Assembly: GCA_934096125.1 (NCBI GenBank)
Contig: CAKOLB010000002.1
Span: 41,293-105,292, forward strand
Origin: an uncultured Bacilli bacterium
Lineage (GTDB): Bacteria; Bacillota_I; Bacilli_A; RF39; UBA660
DNA length: 64,000 nucleotides
Reading direction: 5' to 3'
The translations under genes and the position numbers were made by a program. This document shows positions 58,761 to 64,000 of this stretch, piece after piece; position 1 is the stretch's first letter, and each line of letters begins with the position of its first letter. The notes below the pieces were generated by a model. The model had not been told where the DNA came from, did not search any database, and was given only the letters and a program-made list of their open reading frames with translations.

Positions 58761-60029
58761 TTAGGAATTTTTAATAGTTTTGCGAACCCTACTCCATACC
58801 TTATCATTTGAATAGTTTAAGATACCATTTTTATAGATTTTCATGCCTTTTTTTAATAGAATGTAGATAAATAAAATCATGATGACTATTGATAATAGCA
58901 TTTCTGGGAGAGTTATTTCTCCAATTATATATAAAGTAGGACTTAGAAATGATGATAAAAATGGGATATAGGAAGCGATATGGATAAATGTTGAGCCGTT
59001 AAACATCGAAGCTGTGATGGCAAGGTAATATCCTGCTACACTAATTAGCATAATTGGGGTTTGAAGCTGATTAAAGTCTTCAATGTTGACTGTCATGGAT
59101 GCAAGGATGCCAGAAAGTGTTGCATAAGCAATAAATGATAACACCATTAAGATAAATGTAAGAGGAATAACAATGTATAACTTATCAAGTAAAAATTCTA
59201 AGTTTAAAGAGCTAAATATACTCGTTATGTCACTAATAAGTGAAGTGCCATTTAAAAACTTATGAAGAAGTAAACCAAGAGATGCATAAATTAGTAGTAA
59301 AAGGCCTTCAAAGATAACGAAAATATTACTTGCTAAAACCTTGGATGCTAGATGAAGCTTAGGACTGATATTTGAGATAATTATCTCCATACTTCTGGTG
59401 GTTTTTTCCTCACAAATTTCACCACCAACCATTTGCACAAGAAAGATAACTAACATGAAAAATGGCAAGATAAGTGTTGGAAAAACACTATTCATGACAA
59501 GCTCCATATTCTCATCGACATTTTTACTATCACTTAAAATATCTCTATCTATCTTAGTTTCTTTAGTTATTTCTGTTAAAAGAGTTGGGTCAATATTTGA
59601 CTTGATAAGGCCAAGAGTTGATTTGGTGCTATTTAAAGATGTGATAATTTTTTGATAGATGGTATTATCTATTTTTTCATAACTAGTTATTTTTGCTTCC
59701 AAAAAGCCATTTTCATCAGCATCAAGACTTATTAGCACCTTTCCTTTATCTAGCTTTTCTGCATCAACATCTTTTTTATATACTTTAATATTTTCATCTT
59801 CATCTAAAGCATTTAAGCTACTTTGAAAAAGCTCATAACCCCCGATATTATCGACAACATAAATTTGGATTTCATCAGAAAAATCACCGCCAAAAAACTT
59901 AATTATACTATTTATATTAATAAGACACATGATAACAAGAGCTAGAATAATATTAGTAATTAAAAACCATTTTGTTTTAATCTTTTTTTCTAAACTTACC
60001 TTCGTTAAATACCAAAATTTCTTTTTCAT
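58761..60029 (-). CDS. ABC-2 type transporter permease
   Basis: 422 aa, N-terminal TM + extracytoplasmic domain + 5 C-terminal TM. Confidence 0.7.
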   Translation of the reverse strand: MKKKFWYLTKVSLEKKIKTKWFLITNIILALVIMCLININSIIKFFGGDFSDEIQIYVVDNIGGYELFQSSLNALDEDENIKVYKKDVDAEKLDKGKVLISLDADENGFLEAKITSYEKIDNTIYQKIITSLNSTKSTLGLIKSNIDPTLLTEITKETKIDRDILSDSKNVDENMELVMNSVFPTLILPFFMLVIFLVQMVGGEICEEKTTRSMEIIISNISPKLHLASKVLASNIFVIFEGLLLLIYASLGLLLHKFLNGTSLISDITSIFSSLNLEFLLDKLYIVIPLTFILMVLSFIAYATLSGILASMTVNIEDFNQLQTPIMLISVAGYYLAITASMFNGSTFIHIASYIPFLSSFLSPTLYIIGEITLPEMLLSIVIMILFIYILLKKGMKIYKNGILNYSNDKVWSRVRKTIKNS

Positions 60030-60919
60030 TTTGCCCCTCCAACATAATGGATAAATATATCATTTAAACTAGCATCATCCACAGTAAACTTATGAACCTT
60101 ATACTTTTTGACTGCATTAAAGACTTCATCTGCTACCTCATCTTTGGCTACTTGCAAAGTAATTTCTCCATTTTTCTCTTCGCAGCTTAATACACCATCA
60201 ATTTTGGTAAGAACCCGAGCTTTTAAGTTGTCTGCTTTAACAACAATAGTTTTTTTCGCATAATCTTTTTTGATATCACTTATTTTGCCACTTACTATAG
60301 CTTTTCCTTTAACTAAAATAAGCATCTTTTCACAAAAATCTTCAATATACTGCATCTGATGAGAGGAAAAGATAATCGTGCATCCCTCTTTTTGCATCTT
60401 TTTAATAGCCTTTTTAATTAACTTTACATTGATTGGGTCAAGACCACTAAAGGGCTCATCAAGTATCAAAAGCTTGGGATTATTAATTAGTGCGGATATC
60501 ACCTGAATTTTTTGCTGATTTCCTTTAGATAACTCTTTAATAAGTTTATATTTATAGTCCTTTATGTTAAATTCTTCTAACCAGTAGTCAATTTGTTTAT
60601 CGATTGTTTTTTCATCCATAGATTTTAAAACGCCATAAAACTTTAACATCTTTTCAACCGTTAGTTTCGTTAAAAGACTTCTTTCTTCTGTGACAAAACT
60701 TATTTTATCGCAAGTTCTATAATCTATTTTTTCTTCATTAAAAGTTATTTCCCCCTCGCTTGCTTCTAAAAGGCCAACAATCATTCTAAAGGTTGTGGTT
60801 TTACCTGCCCCATTTTCCCCGAGAAGGCCAAATATTTCTCCTGGCTTAACAGTAAAAGATAAATTATCAACAGCTTTAAATTTACCATAGTACTTAGTTA
60901 CATTTTTTACCCTTAACAT
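60026..60919 (-). CDS. ABC transporter ATP-binding protein
   Basis: GENGAGKTT, LSKGNQQKIQ, LILDEPFSGLD. Confidence 0.85.
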   Translation of the reverse strand: MLRVKNVTKYYGKFKAVDNLSFTVKPGEIFGLLGENGAGKTTTFRMIVGLLEASEGEITFNEEKIDYRTCDKISFVTEERSLLTKLTVEKMLKFYGVLKSMDEKTIDKQIDYWLEEFNIKDYKYKLIKELSKGNQQKIQVISALINNPKLLILDEPFSGLDPINVKLIKKAIKKMQKEGCTIIFSSHQMQYIEDFCEKMLILVKGKAIVSGKISDIKKDYAKKTIVVKADNLKARVLTKIDGVLSCEEKNGEITLQVAKDEVADEVFNAVKKYKVHKFTVDDASLNDIFIHYVGGAK

Positions 60920-60976
60920 ATATACCTCTTTTCCTTAATACAAGTATATCTTAAAACGCAAAAAAAAGAAACATCC

Positions 60977-61105
60977 TTAGTAGAATGCTCCTCCCCAAAT
61001 GATTGCGAGTAAAATGAATAATATTAAAACTATAAATGCATAGCTGGCTGTAAAACCATTACCATTATTACTCATTTCATCTCCATGCTTTTTACAACAA
61101 CTCAT
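60977..61105 (-). CDS. YjcZ-like tiny membrane protein (42 aa), not in ORF track
   Basis: MSCCKKHGDEMSNNGNGFTASYAFIVLILFILLAIIWGGAFY; RBS AAGGAGGTA 6 nt upstream. Confidence 0.55.
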   Translation of the reverse strand: MSCCKKHGDEMSNNGNGFTASYAFIVLILFILLAIIWGGAFY

Positions 61106-61132
61106 ATATATACCTCCTTAAAATTTATATGA

Positions 61133-61219
61133 TTAGATAAAAGCCCCGACAATGATTATTAGAAGAATAAATAGTACCAAAATAATTGCAGCGCCTAGGC
61201 CATTTCCACATTGATTCAT
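61133..61219 (-). CDS. YjcZ-like tiny membrane protein (28 aa), not in ORF track
   Basis: MNQCGNGLGAAIILVLFILLIIIVGAFI; RBS AGGAGGAAAG upstream. Confidence 0.5.
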   Translation of the reverse strand: MNQCGNGLGAAIILVLFILLIIIVGAFI

Positions 61220-61352
61220 AAACTTTCCTCCTTTATAAGTCTTTTCAATATTATTGTATGGCTCTAAAAAATAATTGTGAGGGCATTAAATCTAGAAATT
61301 TTCTTGTACTTAAAGAAAATAATTGTTATAATACTTGCGAGGAGAAATGAAA

Positions 61353-62405
61353 ATGAAGAAAAAAATAATTGGTTTATGTGTTATTATGCTTCTAGCTGGA
61401 GGTTGTGGAAAAGTTCCTAAACTGGAAAATGGTCAAGAAGCTGTGGTAAGTTTTGAAAATGGGGATAAGATAAGTGTTGATGACTTTTATAATAAGATAA
61501 AAGATGATTTTGGACTTGATACTTTAGTAACAATGGTAGATACTTATATTTGTGAAAAAGAATTTAAAGATTACAAAGATACGGCGAAGAAGAATGCTCA
61601 AGCTTATATTGATGCCTTTATTGAACAATATGGTAGTAAAGAAAAGTTTTTAGAAGCTTTACAAAGTCAAACAAGTTATCAAACAATTGAAGCCTATCAA
61701 GATTATATGTATCTTGCAAACTTACAAAGTCATGCAATTGATGAATATTCAAAAGAACAAATAACAGATGAAGAAATAGAAAAGTATTATAATGAAGAAG
61801 CAATTGGAGATATGGAAATTAGTCATATTCTTATTACATCTGATGTAAAAAAAGATGCTAGTGATGATGATAAGAAAAAGGCTGAAGAAACTGCGAAAAA
61901 GAAAGCTGAAGAAGTAATTGAAAAGTTAAATACTGCGAAGAAAAATGGGGAAAATATTACTAAAACATTTACTAGTTTAGCTAAAGAGTACTCAAAAGAT
62001 GATGATACTAAGAATAAAGGTGGTGCACTTGGCAAAATTAATTATGGAGACTTAGACAGTAACTATGATGAATTAATTGATGCTGCAAAGAATTTAAAAG
62101 ATGGTGAATACTCTACAAGTGTTATTACAACTGAGTTAGGTTATCATGTTATCTTAAAGACAAAAAGTTATGAAAAAGAGAAACTTGAAAATATAAAAGA
62201 AGAAATTAGAGAAACACTTGGAAAGAGATATGCTGAAAATAATAAGAATAGTTTAGGACTTACAGCTTTACAACACTATAGAAAAAAATATGGTATGGAA
62301 ATTCAAGATAAAGAAATGAAGAAACAATATTCAAATTATATTCAAAATGCTCTTGCAAGTGTCAATAGCAGTAGTACTTCATCTAGTGATAGTTCAAGCA
62401 ATTAA
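61353..62405 (+). CDS. prsA: foldase lipoprotein PrsA (parvulin-type PPIase)
   Basis: Lipobox LLAGGCG; parvulin domain EISHILIT...GGALGKI..GYHVI. Confidence 0.8.
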   Translation: MKKKIIGLCVIMLLAGGCGKVPKLENGQEAVVSFENGDKISVDDFYNKIKDDFGLDTLVTMVDTYICEKEFKDYKDTAKKNAQAYIDAFIEQYGSKEKFLEALQSQTSYQTIEAYQDYMYLANLQSHAIDEYSKEQITDEEIEKYYNEEAIGDMEISHILITSDVKKDASDDDKKKAEETAKKKAEEVIEKLNTAKKNGENITKTFTSLAKEYSKDDDTKNKGGALGKINYGDLDSNYDELIDAAKNLKDGEYSTSVITTELGYHVILKTKSYEKEKLENIKEEIRETLGKRYAENNKNSLGLTALQHYRKKYGMEIQDKEMKKQYSNYIQNALASVNSSSTSSSDSSSN

Positions 62406-62409
62406 AAAA

Positions 62410-62440
62410 ATTGAGTTGTTACGCTCAATTTTTTTGTTTT
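62410..62440. terminator. bidirectional rho-independent terminator between prsA and the cotZ-like gene
   Basis: ATTGAG-ttgttacg-CTCAAT flanked by A-run and T-run. Confidence 0.6.
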
Positions 62441-62885
62441 AGCATAAACAGTCTACATATGTATCTGATAAGCATCGAATGCAACATAGGCAACTGCAGT
62501 CCATTGTGAAGAATACGTTAGTTGCTGCATAAGGATATATGCTAGCTTCATCAGTATTATCTGCTAAAACTCTAAAGGTACAACAATTTCCTTCAATCTT
62601 CTCTACTCTAAATACATTAGAACATGTTGATGTTACGCTCTGACCTTCACAACCGATGGTTGAATCTTTAGTTATTGGCATGCTAAATGGTACTCCATTT
62701 CCTGCACAAGTATATAACATAACTGGTCTAGTATTACATATTAAACAATTTGTTCCCCCACCAAGCACTGGTCTATCGCAAGTTTGTAAGCAATTGTCTG
62801 GACAAGCATTTTCTTGAAGTACTAAAATTACACAAAGAATTTCATTGATGCAGTTGCCAGTTTTATTATTACTTTGATTATTCAT
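62439..62885 (-). CDS. cysteine-rich CotZ/CotY-like spore coat/exosporium protein
   Basis: 148 aa with 20+ Cys; FRVEKIEGNCCTFRVL resembles CotY/CotZ FFRVEKL..CCATL; C-terminal CSCLCCIRCLS. Confidence 0.55.
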   Translation of the reverse strand: MNNQSNNKTGNCINEILCVILVLQENACPDNCLQTCDRPVLGGGTNCLICNTRPVMLYTCAGNGVPFSMPITKDSTIGCEGQSVTSTCSNVFRVEKIEGNCCTFRVLADNTDEASIYPYAATNVFFTMDCSCLCCIRCLSDTYVDCLC

Positions 62886-63064
62886 AAACTTTCACCCTTT
62901 CATGTACTTTCATTATTAATTTATGAAAAAGAGAAAAAAGAGTGTATGCTAACAGGTCAAAGACTATGAATTTATTTTTTCATGTCCTTGACCTGGTCAA
63001 TTTGTTAAATTTCCACTGGATTGTCATTCGCACCAATCATAAGCGTAAACATTTACTAAATCAC

Positions 63065-63610
63065 CTAAATATCAACATCAATATCCTCTTCATTGCTTCC
63101 AAAAATGTTATTTTGATTTTCTATATAATCTTTGCACTTGTTTTCTAGCAATTTAAAATCACAACATCTTTCTTTAACTTTTTCAGGTAAGTATCCTTTA
63201 TTATATTGTAATGTAAAATGTCTAATTTTTGCAAATAAATCCTTCTTATGATTATTAATAAATGTAGTCTGGTCTTCAACTAATGTTTTATATTTTTCAT
63301 CGGTAATCGTCGGCAAGACTTCGGTAATACACTCAATTGGGGTCGGTATCATGTTATTAATATTTATAATTCCTAACTCACCATTTTTAATTTTGAATAT
63401 ATCAACTGCCTTACTACTCATTTTTAAATGCTTCAGTTTTGGACTAGATAATGGTGCAAAATAATTTAATTCATTAAATGTATAAACTACACCTATATAT
63501 GGTCGTGTCATTTTTTTATTATATGCCACTTTAGAATCATATTTTCGTAAATAATTGATATAGTTCTCATCTAAATAATATATTTTTAAACTTTTTGTCA
63601 TAATCATCAA
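63065..63610 (-). CDS. toxN: ToxN/AbiQ-family type III toxin (endoribonuclease)
   Basis: KIYYLDENYINYLRKYDSKV...RPYIGVV...NYFAPLSSPK...FKLLENKCKDY matches AbiQ/ToxN conserved blocks. Likely start is the third ATG (63601, MTKSL) 10 nt after AGGAG. Confidence 0.75.
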   Translation of the reverse strand: MMIMTKSLKIYYLDENYINYLRKYDSKVAYNKKMTRPYIGVVYTFNELNYFAPLSSPKLKHLKMSSKAVDIFKIKNGELGIININNMIPTPIECITEVLPTITDEKYKTLVEDQTTFINNHKKDLFAKIRHFTLQYNKGYLPEKVKERCCDFKLLENKCKDYIENQNNIFGSNEEDIDVDI

Positions 63611-63613
63611 ACT

Positions 63614-63646
63614 CCTAAAACAAAAGCTAGGAAGTTACCCTAGCTT
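63614..63646 (-). terminator. intrinsic terminator between antitoxin repeats and toxN (read-through control point)
   Basis: Minus-strand AAGCTAGGG-taacttc-CCTAGCTT followed by TTGTTTT. Confidence 0.6.
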
Positions 63647-63655
63647 ACTTTTTTT

Positions 63656-63756
63656 ACTCCCTACTATGGCAAGGGTATTCCAACTTTTTTTACTCCCTAC
63701 TACGGCAAGGGTATTCCAACTTTTTTTACTCCCTACTATGGCAAGGGTATTCCAAC
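63656..63756 (-). ncRNA. toxI: ToxI/AntiQ-like antitoxin RNA: 3 tandem 36-nt repeats
   Basis: Three copies of actccctacta(t/c)ggcaagggtattccaac, each followed by a 7-nt T-run (period exactly 36). Same strand and immediately upstream of toxN. Confidence 0.75.
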
Positions 63757-63819
63757 TTTTTATGAAACATTGCTGTTTCTTTGTTATTATATGAAGTTTC
63801 CCTCATTTAATACATATAT

Positions 63820-63848
63820 AATGTACCACATTTCTCAGCATTTGTAAA
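63820..63848 (-). promoter_or_regulatory. candidate promoter for the toxI-toxN transcript
   Basis: Minus strand TTTACA-17 nt-TACATT (TG at -15/-14) ~55 nt upstream of the first repeat; an alternative perfect TATAAT sits at 63786-63791. Confidence 0.3.
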
Positions 63849-63929
63849 TATCTTACAATTTTATTTAGTGTGCTAAAAGTTAGTGATTTACTTTTTTGAG
63901 ATATTTGTTATAATTAGATTGGTGATAGA

Positions 63930-64000
63930 ATGCAAACATGGTTACAATATTTGATAATTGCAGCTTTTTTAATAATTATTTCTCTAGTGATTGTTAAGCT
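63930..64000 (+). CDS. 5' end of a membrane protein gene (partial)
   Basis: ATG at 63930: MQTWLQYLIIAAFLIIISLVIVK.., runs off the window. Confidence 0.3.
   Translation, partial: MQTWLQYLIIAAFLIIISLVIVK

Noticed and set aside
2076-62035. Numerous 60-110-aa ORFs in the track that lie antisense within larger genes (e.g. 2076-2372, 3586-3852, 6062-6271, 7816-8019, 12497-12721, 13634-13825, 15091-15390, 15760-16008, 17866-18120, 18302-18487, 18836-19030, 21321-21629, 22056-22373, 24117-24440, 25420-25730, 26681-26968, 28014-28346, 28570-28824, 32712-32903, 36947-37159, 37457-37705, 38768-38959, 43444-43680, 44889-45116, 48141-48558, 49452-49709, 51124-51327, 52671-52868, 53941-54150, 57767-57967, 59398-59655, 61618-62035, 62942-63148)
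   Set aside because: Shadow ORFs of well-supported genes on the opposite strand; low-complexity translations, no RBS.
63640-63760. Considered whether the 36-nt tandem repeats are a mini CRISPR array
   Set aside because: Units are contiguous with no unique spacers, there are no cas genes, and the period and position upstream of a ToxN/AbiQ ORF fit a type III antitoxin.
1-64000. Mollicutes-type genetic code 4 because of the extreme AT content
   Set aside because: Long conserved genes close at TGA (e.g. the TasA-like gene ending ...IRID-TGA at 28520) and standard-code ORFs are full length, so code 11 applies.

Overview
AT-rich, low-GC Firmicutes chromosome segment, standard code 11 (TGA is a stop). 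The organism looks like a spore-former: SigF/SigG-type sigma factor, SirA-like, YlmC/YmxH, YjcZ-like and CotZ/CotY-like proteins are present. Gene order partly matches Bacillus subtilis: yneF-sirA-tkt with lexA nearby, sigG...ylmC...lspA-rluD, rimM-trmD, divIB-murB-murG. Most genes are on the minus strand. Housekeeping content includes a relA/spoT fragment, hup, SEDS FtsW/RodA, def, rpsD, tkt, tRNA-Arg(CCT), lexA, a rhomboid protease, efp, rpmG, PBP2, nfo, queH, mscL, parE/parC, prsA and two ABC-2 exporters. The accessory content is as follows. (1) An unannotated type III toxin-antitoxin locus at the right end: a ToxN/AbiQ-family toxin gene preceded, on the same strand, by three perfect 36-nt tandem repeats (ToxI/AntiQ-like RNA antitoxin) and an intervening hairpin terminator. 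(2) Two diverged AbiL-like anti-phage pairs (AAA_21-type ATPase + RloB/Toprim-like). One is inserted into the conserved sigG-ylmC interval. The other sits in a tight co-directional cluster with a secreted TasA-like protein, a coiled-coil protein and a tyrosine recombinase. (3) A multigene family of secreted proteins carrying a SipW-cognate (TasA/camelysin-type 'GGTxAYF') signal peptide. It comprises two near-identical ~510-aa paralogs separated by IS debris and repeats, one frameshifted copy beside a type IV pilin-like gene, and two short variants. Two loci have divergently oriented XRE-type HTH gene remnants, and no sipW gene is present in the window. This fits a diversifying surface-fibre family, possibly using a silent cassette. 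(4) A radical-SAM (twitch/SPASM-like) + HD-hydrolase + M16B-peptidase-pair operon reminiscent of sactipeptide (subtilosin alb) loci, with no precursor gene identified. (5) Three tiny YjcZ-like membrane proteins, two of them missed by the ORF track. All functional calls are made by eye from motifs and remembered family features; no database search was run.
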